A stretch of 64,000 nucleotides of DNA from Eledone cirrhosa. Its lineage: Eukaryota. The DNA lies in assembly GCA_964016885.1 (NCBI GenBank), contig OZ024743.1:237894001-237958000 (forward strand). The letters are read 5' to 3'. Made by a program: the position numbers and the translations under genes. The notes under the pieces are model-generated. The model was not told where the DNA came from. It was given only the letters and a program-made list of their open reading frames with translations, and did not search any database. This document shows, in pieces, positions 23,796-39,100 of this stretch; position 1 is the first letter of the stretch; each line of letters starts with the position of its first letter.

Positions 23796-24174
23796 TTTAA
23801 TAAAAAAATTTTAGTTGTCAAAATTAGGGTGCAACCTCGGCGCCGGGAAATATGGTAGGTACCGATATGACTGTGAGGTTTAGGAGTTGGCTTTGCAATT
23901 GAAATGTGGTAGACAGAAACTGTGGAGTAACCCATAGTTAATTTAAATACTATATATATAAACATAGTTTAACTTGTGCCAAAATCTCCAAAAGATGAAA
24001 AATGCAGACCAAACTAACTAATACAAGAGAATTTCACTTGCATCTTTGGCGTAAGTTAAACTGTGTTTATATGCTTTTCTGATCTACACATTTTAACTTA
24101 TCTTATTCATTGAGATGTTCCATGTAGTATGGTAAAGACATTTTCTTTTTCTCTGTTGGTTATATATATATATA

Positions 24175-24178
24175 TCAC

Positions 24179-24230
<52 letters not shown>

Positions 24231-24965
24231 TTCTTCCACGCTAGCATGGGTTAGACGGGTTTGTCCCATTTAGGGGCAAGTTGAGTTGGGTGACTGTATC
24301 TCGCTCATTTAGGATTGTTTCTGGCTGTTTTTTTATGGCTGGATGTCCTTCCTAGTGCCAACCACATTTATAGTATGTGCTGGGTGATTTTTGCTGTCTT
24401 TTACACGACCACTTTACAGTGTGGGCAGGATGTTTATGTCGATTCTTCATGCTAGCATGGGTTAGACAGGTTGTCCTGTTGTGGGCAATGTTAGGTCTGG
24501 TGACCATGTCCTGCTCATACAGGACTGATTCTGGCTTGGTTTCTACAGCTGGATGCCCTTCCTAATATGAACCTCATTTACAGTGAGTACAGGGTGCTTT
24601 TTGTCGTGACGCCTTTATGACCACTTTATAGTGTGGTCTGGGGTTTCACTGGATGCATTTACTTTGGCCTATCCTGATGGGACATACTGTATATATGCTT
24701 TGGTTTGTGCTTGTAGGAAGTTGGGTCGTCTGTATTACTGCGTATCACCAGAGATCTCGGTCATGTGTCATTGCTTTTGAGAGGTGCAATTGGGCAAGGT
24801 CGGCTTTTATCACCTCATCATAAGTCTTCCTGGGTCTTTCCACTCCAAGGCTTCCATCAACCTTACGCTCTCTGCACATTTTTATGCAAGTGTCATGCTT
24901 CCTATGCATCACATGTCCATATCAACACAATCTCTTCTCCTGCAACTTTGGGTGCATTTATTGTG
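24175..24965 (-). mobile_element. RTE 3' end with duplicated SINE-like tail
   Basis: Homologous to 10347-10890. (CAT)n at 24179-24230. Confidence 0.7.
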
Positions 24966-25937
24966 TAGATCACCACCACTTGGGAGGTTGTCAGAGTCAT
25001 GACACAATTGAAGGGTCCTTATAACCCCCTATTTGGCAAGCTTTCTGTGGCTGGGCGCCCTTCTTATTACCATCCAGTTAACAGTATGTACTGGGTATAT
25101 TTATCATGTAGATCACCAACACTAGAGGGATTGTTGTGTTATTGATACAACTGAGGGGTCCTCTCAATTCTTTTAGGTATGGTTTCTACAGAGGAGTGCC
25201 CTTCCTGTTGCCAACCATCCTAAAGGGTGTTCTGGGTGCATTAGTGAGAGTATCTAAGAGCTTTGGAGGTGTAATGGCTAAGGAGTGGTACTGGATAGAG
25301 GATGGGTGCAGGGTGCAGAGGTGGTGGGGATAGCTACTGGGGAGTGATAGTAGAATGGGGTAACGCATGGATGGATCATGTCGTATTGTACTGTATGCTT
25401 ATGGACGGGTCTTCATCATCACAGCATGTTACAAATAGAAAACTTCAACTGGAAATGCTCATTTGCTTATAGTGCTAACTTGGCTGGTTATATTTAATTG
25501 ACTGTAGCACTAAGATAACACTGAACATAATATAAAATATATTTATGTAGAGCTGATGTTTTCTATTTGCTATATGCAAATGAGCATCACCAGCAAATGT
25601 TCAATACGCAAAATCTATAAAGGCTCTAGTCTATTTTCAACTCAGAACTAGTTGAATGAATGTCACTAATAAAAGATTAATGAAATTTGAAACAGCTGTC
25701 TGGCATTCTCACTGGCTACTCGGGTATTTTTGACATATTGTTCACAGAACAAAAGTGAAAAATACATTTTTCATTGTGAAAATCTATTTTTTCTTTGATA
25801 AAAATTTACTCAGCTGTAGAAATGAGATGATAGGGACTGCAAAGTGGTCGTGGAGGTGTCACGGCAAAAAAGCACCCAGCCCACACTGTAAAGTGGACCT
25901 GTAGGCGCCACGGAAAAAAAGCACCCAGCACTCACTG

Positions 25938-27070
25938 GGCGAGAATACCACCAACGCTATCCGCGAGGCTATACGGAGGGTGGGCCTCGACATCCACCTG
26001 GCCCACTCGGGCCCCTCCCTGCGAAGATGCCTCTCCAGAAAACCCGGGAAATCTACTGACGCATGCTCCCCCAGAGACTGCCCGATACGCCATGCGAACT
26101 GTTGCCTCCGCACATACGTCGTGTATAAGATAGAATGTGACAGGTGCAACCAATACTACATAGGTAGCACAATCCGACCTTTACACATCCGGATCAAGGA
26201 ACACACTAAAACCAGGGCCTCGTCTATCCGGAAACACATAGACAAATGCGGAAACAAAGACGGAAGGCCCATTGTCACAATTCTAGCGACTGAAAGAAAC
26301 GTCGGCACGTTAAGTATCAAGGAAGCGCTTTTTATCAAACGCCTGCAACCGCAAATAAACAATCGATCCGAGAGAAGCGAAATGAGATGGCTGGTTTAAG
26401 TTAACAAACGATGCAGCAACACACGCACACACACACAAACGAGACAACTACACACGCACACGCACACACACACACAGTAGCATTCCACCATACGAACATA
26501 CTACACTGCCAATACAGAGGAACAAGGCAAAAACACACGCACACGAATTAACATTAACGAGACAACAACACACGCACACACACACACAGTAACATTTAAC
26601 AAACAGGCAGAGAATGGACTGACAGCTAGCGCCACCCCACTTCCTCATTCGGCCGCTGACCTCTGCCCGACCGATCCTATTTCACGCGCACCGGCGCTCT
26701 GCTGAATACCCCAGATATTCAAAACAACAAACAGCGGAGGACGCGTTTCGCACCTTTCCGACAGACAACCTTTCCCCCACCCAGGAAAAAAACCCTAGTT
26801 GATGGATGTAATCCGAAATATATAGGGACAATTAAATCTCTCCCAAGGTAACTTTCTCTCGTGTTGTTATTTTTATTTTATCCTTTATACTCTTTCCTTC
26901 ATTCTTCTACACGTCTTATACTGACCACGCATCTCAACGTACACCCACTTACATCTCTCTCTCCACCACCGGATCTTGTTACCCGGAGATTTACCCATTT
27001 GCATTGTCGAGGCTTCCAAACGACTTAAAGATATTTACTTATTCCACAATGCTTCAAGCAAACTTCAATA

Positions 27071-27075
<5 letters not shown>
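25938..27075 (+). mobile_element. 5'-truncated Penelope-like element (GIY-YIG domain and 3' UTR) inserted into a CORE-type SINE fragment (25805-25936)
   Basis: ORF 25980-26399: VVYKIECDRCNQYYIGST.RPLHIRIKEH...EALFIKRLQPQIN. Decayed hammerhead at 26793-26828. Ends in (TA)n. Confidence 0.85.
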
Positions 27076-27140
<65 letters not shown>

Positions 27141-27821
27141 TATATATATGGAATACTTCTCGCTACAACAATTTCTATACTTTTCATTTATATATATATA
27201 CTCGGATTTATTTCCTAGAGTGCTTAAATTATTTGTGACTAATCCCGGTATTTAAAAAAAAAAAGACCGCGATAATATTGCTTTTTGTTGAATTCCTTAT
27301 TGTAGAGTTTTTTTCGGAATGTTTTTGACTGTTGTTTCATGTAAACAAACATTCGTCTCATTCTGACGTCACCAGCCCTGTTTTTCCACATGTGCGTTTT
27401 ATTTTCATAATCACGCATGATGTTAAACTAGCCTGCTTTTACATTCCCTTTTTGGCATATTAATCCGTGAGACCTTGGTTACCATGTTGAGCTCTGCTGA
27501 TGAACGAAATCCAACCGTGACCATCCCCACTGAAAGTTTTCGTGAAATAGTCTTTTCAAGACTATACAGAGCATTTGAAGTTGTCCCAAATTGAAGGATG
27601 AGTACTTTAGACTTTGTTTTATCATGAGTTAAGGCTCTATTGATTTTTCCATGGATTTCTCTAAATTCTATTGGATAAATCTATATCCTGATTCTTTTTG
27701 AATTGAGTTTGAATTATTTTTACCATATCTTATGTTAACTAGTTTCCCATTTTGACGCTATAGTCACTTATATATTATGGAATACTGTTAGCTTCTCGCT
27801 ACAACAATTTCTATACTTTTC

Positions 27822-27862
<41 letters not shown>

Positions 27863-27977
27863 TATTTAATTTATTAATTCTTCATTGAGCCACATCGTGA
27901 ACGGTTGCCACATATATATCTGTGACTTTATGTATATGTAAATCTTTATATATATACATATATATATATATATAATT

Positions 27978-28043
<66 letters not shown>

Positions 28044-28045
<2 letters not shown>

Positions 28046-28190
28046 CTAGGTTTACTCTCAGTCCTCTTGATTCCAACTGCTGTTTCCATAGCCATAATTT
28101 ATTCTCTAGCTCCTCTACTGATTCTGCTATAAGAACCAGATCGTCAGCATAGAGAAATTCCAATGGACAGCCAGTCTTAAATTCCTATAT
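28044..28190 (-). repeat. Inverted copy of the 5' end of the adjacent RTE fragment
   Basis: Reverse complement of ~28355-28507. Both ORFs begin [39 protein letters not shown]. Confidence 0.92.
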
Positions 28191-28191
28191 A

Positions 28192-28359
<168 letters not shown>

Positions 28360-28364
28360 TATAT

Positions 28365-29362
28365 AGGAATTTAAGACTGGCTGTCCATTGGAATTTCTCT
28401 ATGCTGACGATCTGGTTCTTATAGCAGAATCAGTAGAGGAGCTAGAGAATAAATTATGGCTATGGAAACAGCAGTTGGAATCAAGAGGACTGAGAGTAAA
28501 CCTAGCTAAGACAAAAGTCTTGTTGAGTAGAAAAGAGGACAAAACTCTGACTCCGTCAGGGAAATGGCCATGTTCGATATGCAGAAAATGTACACAATGC
28601 AGATCTTGGGTACACAAGAGATGTAGTGGGATAGCAGGCAAACTAACAAGTAGGGAGAAATACGTATGCAGTAGATGTACAGGGAAATTTGACAGTAGAA
28701 GTCGCATTGATAGACACATTTTTCAAATGCAGGCGGGTGCTATAGAAGTGGTTGATAGCTTCCGATACCTAGCAGATCAGATTAGCATGGGAGGGGGGTG
28801 TTCCGAGGCCATAGTATCTATAATAAGGACGGGTTAGAAGAAGTTTAGGGAGATGCTTCCTCTGCTGACGAAGAAGCGTTTCTCCCTGCTTATGAAAGGC
28901 TGGTTATATGATGCCTGTGTGGGGAGCATGATGCTGCATGGTAGTGAAACACGGGCAGCAACTGCAGAGGATATATGACGGCTGGAGAGAAATGAGGCAA
29001 GCATGCTCCATTGGATGTGCAATGTCAATCTGCGTGAACGGCCGACCATGGATGTATTGAGAAAGAAACTGTGTCTGAGAGGGATAAATTGTAGTGTGCT
29101 GGAAAGGAGACTGCGATGGTATGGACATGTGATGCGCATGGAGGATGACCGATGGGTGAAGAAGAGAGAAGAAATGGCAGTTGAAGGAAACGTAGTAGAG
29201 GAAGACCATGAAAAACATGGGCGGAGGTGGTGAGAACAGACCTCAGATTGCTGAAGCTCACGGTGGAGATGACGAAGGACCGTGACAAGTGGAGAGATGC
29301 TGTGCTGAAGATGACTCGTCCCACCCTTGCAAGCAGGGAAAAGCGGACGTAAAATGATGATG
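28365..29362 (+). mobile_element. 5'-truncated RTE LINE (subfamily B)
   Basis: LYADD, Cys/His finger, ERRLRWYGHVMRM. Tail cccacccttgcaagcagggaaaagcggacgtaaaa(tga)n. Confidence 0.9.
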
Positions 29363-29404
29363 ATATATATATATATATATATGTAAATATGTGTGTGTGT
29401 GTGT

Positions 29405-31535
29405 ATGCAATCTGGGTTGCCAGACGAACATAAGGATAGGTTTTATGAGTCCTTAATGCACACTACTGCCTTCACAAGTGTCGAGAAGAAAGCTGTGTGG
29501 AAGAGCCATTATGAAATTTTACTGAATGAGGGAATTCATGGGAGAAAGGGACGCTACTCCAAGTGGACCCCATAGAGAGCCAAGCAATACAAGTCAGCAG
29601 CAGTGTAGTAAGTAAGGAAATTAAGGATATGAAGAATGGGAAAGCAACTGGTCCATCGAGTTTAGCTGCCGAGATGCTGAAAGCATCTAGGTCTGTAGGT
29701 CACACCATAACCATAAATATTGTTAACCAAGTAATACTAGAGAGCGTCATTACAAATGATTGGCACAGCAGCAACATTGTCAACTGCTACAAGGGTAAAG
29801 GTGATGCACTAAATAGAGGAAACTATAGAGGTATAAAGCTGATGGATCAGGTCATGAAAATAACAGAAAGAGTTAGAGCACAGCTGATTGGGGACAGGGT
29901 AAATCTAGATCAGATGCAGATTAAGTTTGTGCCAGGAAAAATCACCACTAATGCGCTCTTCCTTGTGAAGCAGTTACAGGAAAAGTACCTAGCTAAAAGT
30001 AAGCCGCTCTAGCTGGTATTTGTCGATCTGGAAAAAGCCTTCGACAGAGTGCCCAGTGCTATAATCTAGTAGGCTCTTAGAAAACTAGGAGTAGATGAAT
30101 GGCTTGTGAAGGCTGTACAAGCCATGTATAGGGGAGCAGTCAGCAAAGTTAGGGTTAACAATGACCATAGCGAGGAATTTAGCATATAGGTTGGTGTCCA
30201 GCAGGGCTCTGTTCTTAGCCTTCTCCTGTTTATTATTGTATTGCAGGCTATAGCAGAGGAGTTTAAGACCGGATGTCCAATGGGAATGTCTGTATGTGGA
30301 TGATCTTATACTTATAGCTGTGTCTATAGTGGAACTAGAGAAAAAATTCCAAACATGGAAGCAGGACCTAGAAAGAAAGTATCTCAAAGTCAACCTGACA
30401 AAGACTAAGGTCCTTGTAATTAGAAGAGAAAACAGAACCCAGATCCCCCCAGGGAAATGGCCTTGCTGAGTATGTAGGAAAGGTGTAGGTAGAAATTTCA
30501 TCCTTTGCCCCATATGCAAACAATGGGTACACAAGAGATGTAGTGGGATGTAAGGACGTTTAGCTAAGAATGTAAGCTTTACATGTAACAGTTGCACTTG
30601 GACAGTAAGCAGTGATTGATCACAAGAAACAAGCACTACCAAATTCTGGGAGGGCTTGGTAGAAACAGTAGACAGCTTCTGCTACCTAGGTGACCGAATT
30701 AGCAGTGAAGGTGGGTCTTCTGAAAGTACAGTAGCCCGAGTAAGAACGGGATGGAGCAAGTTCAGGGAGTTACTACCACTGCAAGCTGCAAAAGGGTTTT
30801 CCCTCAAAATGAAAAGCAGACTGTATGATGCATGCATACGAACAGCAATGTTGCATGGTAGTGAGATTGGGGTGTTGTGCACAAGACTTGTGTAGATTAG
30901 AAAAAAATAAAGATTGCATGCTCCGATGGATGTGTAATATATGCGAATGTGTAATATACGCGAATGGCAAAGCATAAATGAATTAAGAGAGACTAGGCAT
31001 AAGAGGAATCAAATGTTGTGTGCAGGAGAGGAGATTATGTTGGTATGGATATGTGATGCGTATGAAATATGACAGCTGCATAAAAAGGTGCAGAGCACTA
31101 AAAGTCGATGGAAGCCTTGGAGTGGGGTGACCAAGAAGACCTGGGATGAGGTTATAAAAGCTGATCTTGCCCAATTGCACCTCTTAAATGCAATGACACA
31201 GACTGAGATCTCTGGCGTTACGCAGTAATACAGAGGACCCTACTTCCCATGGGTACAAGCTGAAGCTAAAGCATATAGACAGTATGCCCCCAGGTGTCAT
31301 GACAAAAAAATCACTCAGTCCACATTGTAAAGTTGTCGTGTAGGTGCCATGATAAAAAGCACCCAGTACCCACTGTAAATGAGGTTGATGTTAGGAAGGG
31401 CATCCAGCTGTAGAAATCAAGCCCAAATCAGTTCTGTATGAGCAAGACATAGTCACCTGACATGGCATTGCCCACAACAGGACAACCAGTCTAACTCATG
31501 CTAACGCGAAAGAATGGACGTAAAACGGTGATTAA
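29405..31535 (+). mobile_element. Decayed RTE LINE (subfamily A) with SINE-like 3' UTR
   Basis: KGKGDALNRGNYRGIKL, DLEKAFDRVP, QGSVLS, with multiple stops. 3' UTR matches the SINE tail. Confidence 0.9.
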
Positions 31536-31545
31536 TATTATTATA

Positions 31546-31965
31546 GTTCAAATCCCGCCGAGGTTAACTTTGCCTTTCATCCTTACGGGGTCGATAAAAT
31601 AAAGTACCAGTAATACACTGGGATAATTGCTGGCCTTGTGCCAAAAATATAAACAATTATTAGGTAACAGGTCACATAAAGACACTAGACCCATCATCAG
31701 TAGACCGTGTCTTACTAAATACACAAAGTTCCGTCATTGGCCATGCATTCAACACCAACTGTGAGCACACATGCAGACGCTGCTTAAGCAGTAGGCTACA
31801 GGCCACTTTATGATGTGAGTTCAACCCCCCCCCCCCCCCCCCCCCGCCCCAACCCCGCCCCGGTTAACTTTGCCTTTCATCCTTATTGGGTCGATAAAAT
31901 TAATGTACCAGTAATGCACTGAGATAAATTGCTGGCCTTGTGCCAAAAGTAGAAACAATTATTAT
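31546..31965 (+). mobile_element. Two partial SINE family 2 copies (31546-31660 and ~31800-31965)
   Basis: ggttaactttgcctttcatcctta...gtcgataaaat...gctggccttgtgccaaaa. Confidence 0.7.
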
Positions 31966-32179
31966 GAGACGGCTGTAACTAAGGCGGAGTAAGTTAGTTA
32001 AATTTTTATGAGTTATCGAAAGTTCTATATACTATTTTTACAACGGTGTGTAGTTAAAGAACCCCTCATTCAAAGGAGGTGGTTTGTTAACTGTATCTCG
32101 CGCCCTTGAGGGCTAAATTTGCATTTATTTACAATCATACCCCCCAAATTTTGTTTTAAAAAAAAAAATCGCGGACAAA

Positions 32180-35100
32180 AGGATTGTCCACAGGAAGGAA
32201 CAGCGAGTTGTTCGGATGGTGGAACAGCCGATTCCATCCAATCACAAGGCAAAGTAAAAAAAGAGGAGAAACAGCAGCAGCAGCGACAGTGGTGGTGACA
32301 ACAGCAGCAGCAACCACTGGAACAGTAGCAGCAGTAATGGAAATTACAGCGAAAACTTCCCTGCGTTAGAAAAATCAAACATCTCCACCACCCCAATAAC
32401 AACAGCAACAGCCATAATGAACCGAAGCAGCAACAACTATAACAGCAGCAACACAGAGAAAAAAAAAACACTTACGACGGTAACAAAGACAAAACTAGCG
32501 ATGGGTCAACACAAATCAAAACAAACACATCTTTCGCTAAAGCGACAAACTATTTTGAACAAGTACACAGCACCAATGAAGAGATAAAACAAGCAAAGGT
32601 CTTGGTTAAAAAGACCGGACACAGGGTAAGTTTCTCCCGCCCAGCTGAGATAATAAGAAACAAGCGTTTGCGTTCGGTCAGTTATCGCACGATCGTATCA
32701 AAATCGCGGCGATTCGAACAGGCAAAGGAGCCACAGGTCCAAAGAGCTATGGGTTCCGTCTGGGCACAGAAAACATACATAGGTTCTGGATCGAGATATG
32801 GCACTGTGGGTGTGCTCTTCGCTACACCAGAAGAAGCCAGAACACACTCCATTGCGCCACTCCGCAGTGACGAAATCATAATGATGCCTACAAACTGCGG
32901 CCAGAGAGTCGTGAAGGTTCGAGTGGCCCAGGTTCTACCCTCTGGGGAGATGGCGTGGTTGACGGCGGCCGTCCTCGCTGACGTTGAGGATTCAACAACT
33001 ATACTCAACGTCAAGCGAATAAGAGAGGAAAATTGGACAGGGTCGGGGATGGAGCTAATCATCCAAGCAAACCATAAGAGCATTGATGCCATCCCCGATG
33101 TAACAGACCTGGACGACGGCAGCCATCAACCCGTGACTATCGAAGGTAGGCGCCCAAGGTGTCATGGATGCGGTGACAAGACGCACCTTAAGGCATTCTG
33201 CCCCAAACTCACCAAAACAGGCACGTGTCCACCCCTTCTCCCCACGCCGTGCCCCGCAACTGAAGCGGACAAACAAACAAAGACCACAGTGGCAGAAGAG
33301 AAATCACCATCCCGAACAAAAGCACCATCTCATCCACCACCCACAGAACCAATGGAAAGCATACCCCTTCCTGATATAGCTAAATCAGACAAGGAGTGCG
33401 ATGAGGCCGAAGAAGGGAGAACTATTCCAACAAAATAAAGGAAGAACTCCCTACCCTTTCAGGCTAGTGGCCATCTATGCCCCAACAGGAGCAGGACGGC
33501 CTGAATTCTCCGGTGTCTGGAGAACTTTCTTGGAACGTCCTGCTCTTTAGTGTTAGTGGGCGACTGGAACGGGATCTTAGATGCACGCTGGGATTGTGTG
33601 GGATTAACAGATAGGGGAGGAGGGTGTAAAAGCCTCACAAACCTGCTCAGGCGTTTTCAAATGTCGGACAGGTACCAATTGGATTTCCCGAATGTGCCAA
33701 TGTGAACTTGGACAAACCGCATCGGGTCATCCAGATCATATCTAGATAGGGTATTTTGTAGGGAAATAAATGGTCTAGCATAGGCTGTCCACAATTCAAG
33801 ATAGTTGGCTACACGGATCACAAATTTGTGATCTGTATGGTTGACTTAGATAGGCTTCATAGACAGGGACCCGGCTACTGGAAACTAAACGCGTCGTTAA
33901 CAGCGGGCAAAGGTTACAGAGACCGGATTAGCAAATTGGTTAAGCGGGCGTTGACATGGGCCATCGTCAACAACAAATGGTGGTTTGCCCTGAAAAGAGC
34001 GATTAGAATAGAATCCATTATGTTTAGTAAAGCGCTAGTAACAGAGAAAAATAGAGCTGAAGGAAATCTAGTTAGCAAATTAGACGAGGCGCTTAGTAAA
34101 GGCATCGCGACCGACGTGCTTGCGCCGAAATTGGCTCTCGACCCATTTTTCAACGCTAAGCACGAAGGCTACGTTGTCAGAGCTAGAGTGCGTGCTCTCA
34201 GACACGAGGGGACGAAAGCCGTGGCGAAGGGCGTTGTGGCAACAAAGCCACGATCCGGTCTTTGGCGAACAACGACGGGCGCATGATACTCGATCCCGGC
34301 AGATGTGTGCGGCTTTTCAGCAGCACTTTGCTCAGGTGTTCGGGGGCAATGGCGGGCCGCATCACGGAATGGACTTCAGTGCCTACCTCCACTGACTGCC
34401 GAGGTTCTCGGTCACTGAGGCGGAGTGACATCTGCTCTGTGGTGACATCTGCTCTGTGGTGAGAGTGAACGGTCACCTTTCGGAACCGTTCAACATCATG
34501 CACTCGATCCACCAAGGATGTCCTCTCTCGTCCTTGTTGTACGTATTGACTCTCGAGCCATTACTGCACAAACTGGAGACGCTGAGCGGTGATACCGCTT
34601 GAACCAGGATGTGGAAGAACAGTGTCAGCTTATGCAGGCAACATCACCGTAGTGGTGTCGAACGCCAAACACATCGAGGCAATCGACACCACACTAAGAG
34701 ACTACGAGGTAGTGACAGGAGCAATGATCAACCAGGAAAAATCAGTAGGCTTGCAACTCGGCACCTGGGGAGGCAGGTGCAAGCCGTCCAACAGCGTTGC
34801 CGGTCACTGGACGGATGGACCGGTTAAATTGTTAGGGGTACGGACCTAAAGACGGACAAAAACTGGGAGGAGGTCACGAACAAGGTGATTTCTCTCACCC
34901 AGAAATGGGCCGAGGGGAAGCTATCTCTGAAAGGTCGAGCGGAGGTGGCGAATGCATACATCGCGTCTGTCATCTACTACCGCCTGACCGTCGTGCCTTG
35001 TCCTAAGCTTCACCTAACTGCACTGGAGAGTTTGCTCTTTCGCTTTTTGTGGAAGGGACGTGCTCCGATTGTCAGGCGTTCCATCTGCTGTCAACACTCG

Positions 35101-36160
35101 CTACGCGGAGGGCTGGGCATGCTGTGGCTGTGGATGCGCAGACATGCGCTCAGGCTACGACATCTCCACCTCTTCCTCGGCGGTGATCAGGTGTGGTCGC
35201 CCTTTGCTAGACACATGTTTCCCCAGCTTGTCTCCTTGGCGGAACTGCAATCTTTATTCAAGCAAAAAACGAGAGGAAGCGCTTGGAAACTGGAATGTCT
35301 TCATGCGCTTACAGCCCTCGACCAGTCCAGCAATACAATCGATGGAAACTCCACCTTGGCGTTCTATAGAGGATTAGTGGATGGAAAATGGCAACGACGT
35401 CCTTGGGGAGACTCTAGGCGTCGATGAAAACCAACTAGCCAATCTCTTAGGGAGAACATTTGGGCTGGGGCCCATGGACAACTTCCAGAAATCCCTGGCC
35501 TGGCAATGCTACTGCGGAGCCTTGCCAGTTTGGGATAAACTCTACAGGCATGGAAGTGCCGTCAGCCGGGTTGTCTGAGATGAAACCGTCCTGCACGCAC
35601 TCGTCCAGTGTCCGAGCATTGCTGACTTGTGGGTTTATGCCGAACACCTGCTGTCAGATGTAGAACGGATCCGGCTATCACCTGAGTTCATCGTGAAAAG
35701 GGGCAAGCAGAAGGGCAAGCAGTTTTTATTTGCCTGGTGGCCATGGTCTGAAAGGGTGACGCCCTCATTAACTTTTTCAGGTTTCACCTGAAGAATAAAA
35801 TCAGGGTGGAGAGGGAAGTGCTGACTTCCAGCCAGTTTGTTGAAAGGTGGGTGAGAGAGGCAAGAATGGCTCGTGTGAATAGGTCTACCCTGAGCGTGTG
35901 CCTGTAGCATTGTAGGAGGAAAACTGGAAGAGGGCATTTGCCCTAGCCGTCAGGGTAACCGTGGCTTTTTTTGTGGGCCTTCTCCACGAGCAACCCTCGG
36001 AGGTGTCCCCCCTATTGGGAATTTTTCATTGTTTCCTTTTGTCACACTCTGTTTTTGTTTTTTATTACATGCAGAATTGCCTATTTGTATTGTCCTGTGT
36101 TGTCCTTAATGTTATACTTTGTGTCAACCTTTGTGGTTAATAAAGACAGCATTATTATTA
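32180..36160 (+). mobile_element. L1/Tx1-clade LINE copy 1 (ORF1 zinc knuckle, internally deleted ORF2, 3' UTR)
   Basis: ORF1 32602-33438 has CHGCGDKTHLKAFC. ORF2 remnants GPGYWKLN, HQGCPLS, LSLKGRAEV. AATAAA followed by (ATT)n end. Confidence 0.85.
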
Positions 36161-39100
36161 TTGGTCTGTTTGGAGGTCTTTTTTTCTCGCTCCCAGTAAG
36201 TCGTTTTATTTACCTGTTATATTATTTGTTGTTAAATTGTTCTTGTTGTATAGGGAAATAAACCCTTGGACTTTACCCTGTGAAGGGGAAAGTATAATAT
36301 TTGGGCCTTTTGGCCCAAATATTTTAACAATATTTGAACATTTTACTTTTGAAAATAAAAAAAATAGAAACATGGCTGAGCCATGCCCCCCCCCTCCCCA
36401 GCAATATGTCTGCTGTCGTGTGACAACGGCGTAAAAGTTGAGAGGAGGGTTAGTGAAATTCATACAACAAACACCACAAACAACGTGAACAAAGACAACA
36501 ACATTGAGAACACTAATTTAAAAAAAATTACCACACTAACTACAACAATAACAGCGTCAACAATAATACAGACAACAGAAAAAAATGACAACAAATGCAA
36601 CAACGATATTAACACCACTAACAAGAAAATAAACAACAACACCAACAGCAACAATACAAATTGCACTGAAAACAGACGCATCCAAAAGGCCTTGGGGTGC
36701 GTCTGGGCGCGCAAAACCCACATCACCCGAGGCAAAAAATACGCCACGGTAGACGTACATTTCGCCACCCGCCAAGAGGCGAAGTCTCACTCTTTGGAAA
36801 CTCTAAAGAGTGAGGAGATGCTAATACAGACTGACCAGGAGTACACCGAGGCCATCCCAGATATCATAGACTTCGAAGAAGGACTCCAGCTCCCTATAAG
36901 CGTGGAGGGAAGGCGCCCAAAGTGCTTTCTCTGTGGGCAGAAGGGTCACCTCAGGGCCTTCTGCCCGCAGAAGACAGCCAAGAAGAGGGCCCCCTCCTTC
37001 AGACGCCGGATCCGCTGCTACCAAGAGCAGGGCAAGCAACAGAGGCAGAAGACCCTTTCATGGTAAATAGGAGGCCAACGCTCGTGGTCCCCATACCAAG
37101 GCCACGGACAACTAAAGCAGCGGCAGCAGTGGCGGCAACACCAACAGTAGCAGTAGCTACACCGGCAGCAAAATCGCCGGAGCGGGCTCCACTACCACCA
37201 CCAACAGCAGTGGAGCTCATACCCCTCCCAGACCCACGGAATCCGATATGGAGTATGAGGCAGGAGGGAAGTAGCAAACGGTGTGCCACAAAAAAAAAAA
37301 AAGAAAAGATCCCTTAGCTTCACCCTCCAAAATCGAAGGCAAACGAAGAGGGGTAAAAGCTGCAAGGAGACTTGCAGCAACACCACCACCATCGCCATCA
37401 CCCCCACAAGCATCACCACCAACAACAACCACGCCAGCACCAGCATCACCAAAACCACCAACATCGCAAACACAACAAAACACACACACCCAACAGCAAC
37501 AAGAAAACAGTAACAAAATCACCCCTCCCCCAAAAAAGTACACAGCCATAAACATGGCAAATAAAGAACTCTTACAACATATAAAGCAGCACACAGACAT
37601 CACAGAAAAAATCTACTACAGCCCATCATCACCAAGAACTCTCCCGACAAACATAAAAATCATTGAAATCAAAATAGAACATTACAAACTTTTAAAACAA
37701 AAATTCCCCAAATCAGTTGGAGACTCCAGAGGGTCGGTTACCAAGACGATATACACCGACATCCTCTTGGAAACACCCATGACCAGCCAAAGGGATGGTT
37801 CTACTGTCCCTTCGCCACAAGATAAGTGATCCTTTCTCACTTACCCTGTTTCTCATCCAACATGGCCGTACTTAGAATAGGCAGTATAAAAGTACGTGGC
37901 CTGGGGTCATCTTGGAAGCAGGGTGACCTGCTCAACGACCTCAGGTCACTAAACATAGATCTGGTGGCCATCAGTGAGACCAGAATCTCCGAAGCACGAG
38001 CCTTCGCACCGATCTTCGGCGGCTACGATGTATACGCATCTCCCAGCCGTCCAGGATCGGGGGGAGGGCTTGCCGTGCTTTTTCGGAGAGGCTTGGATCT
38101 TCCTGGACTCAGAAGGTAATTCGGTGGTGCTGGACGTGACCGGCAGCGAAGGCAATGCTTTCAGGTTAGTAGCCGTCTACGCCCCCACAGGGGCAGGACG
38201 GCCAGATTTCTTCAGACGTCTAGAGACCTTTCTTGGAACGTCCCGCTCTTTAGAGTTAGTGGGCGACTGGAACGGTATCTTAGATGCACGCTGGATTGGG
38301 GCTAGTAGACAGGGCAGGAGGGTGTAAAAGCCTCAACAACCTGCTCAGACGTTTCAAACTGTCTGACAGGTATAGACTGTATTATCTGAATGTGCTAATG
38401 TGGACATGGGCAAAACAGATCGGGTCATCCAGATCGTATTTAGATAGGGTATTCTGTAGGGAAACAGATAAGACTAGTGTAGGTTGTCCACAATTTAAAG
38501 TAGTCGACTATACGGACCACAAATTTGTGATCTGTAAAGTTGACTTAGATAGACTCCATAGGCAAGGGCCCAGCTGCTGGAAGCTGAACGCGTCGTTCCC
38601 GGCGCGCTAAGCTTACAGAGACCGGATTAGCGAATTAGTTAAGCGTGCGTTGACGGGTGCGATCGTCAACAACAGGTGGTGGTTTACCCTGAAAAGGGCT
38701 ATTAGAGTAGAATCGATAAGGCTTAGCAAAGGAGTAGTGATAAAGGTAAATAGAGTAGAGAGAGAGAGTTAGTTAGAAAGCTAGAAGAGGCGTTTAGGAC
38801 AGGCATCGCAACCGACGTGCTTGCGGCGAGATTGGCACTCAACCAATTCTTCAACGCAAAGCATGAAGGTTGCGTTGTCAGAGCTAGAGCGCGTGCTCTA
38901 AGACACGAGGGGATGAAAGCCGTTCAATGGGCCCGGGTGGTCGAGGCGCGACGTGGCAACAAGTCCACGAATTCGTCTTTGCCTGATCAAAACGGGAGCA
39001 TGTTGCTCGAACCCGAGCAGATGTGTGCGGCTTTTCAACATCACTTTGCTCAATTGTTCGGGAACGGCGGCGAGTCGGATCGGAGTATCAACTTGGGTGC

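Noticed and set aside
26735-26770. Minus-strand GAAACGCGTC hammerhead 3' half
   Set aside because: There is no upstream CUGANGA or matching stem I.
27498-27512. ctgatgaacgaaa motif
   Set aside because: There is no room for stem II and no stem I or III.
32060-32130. U1 snRNA-like target upstream of the Tx1 cluster
   Set aside because: Only a short aggtggttt match, which is not significant.
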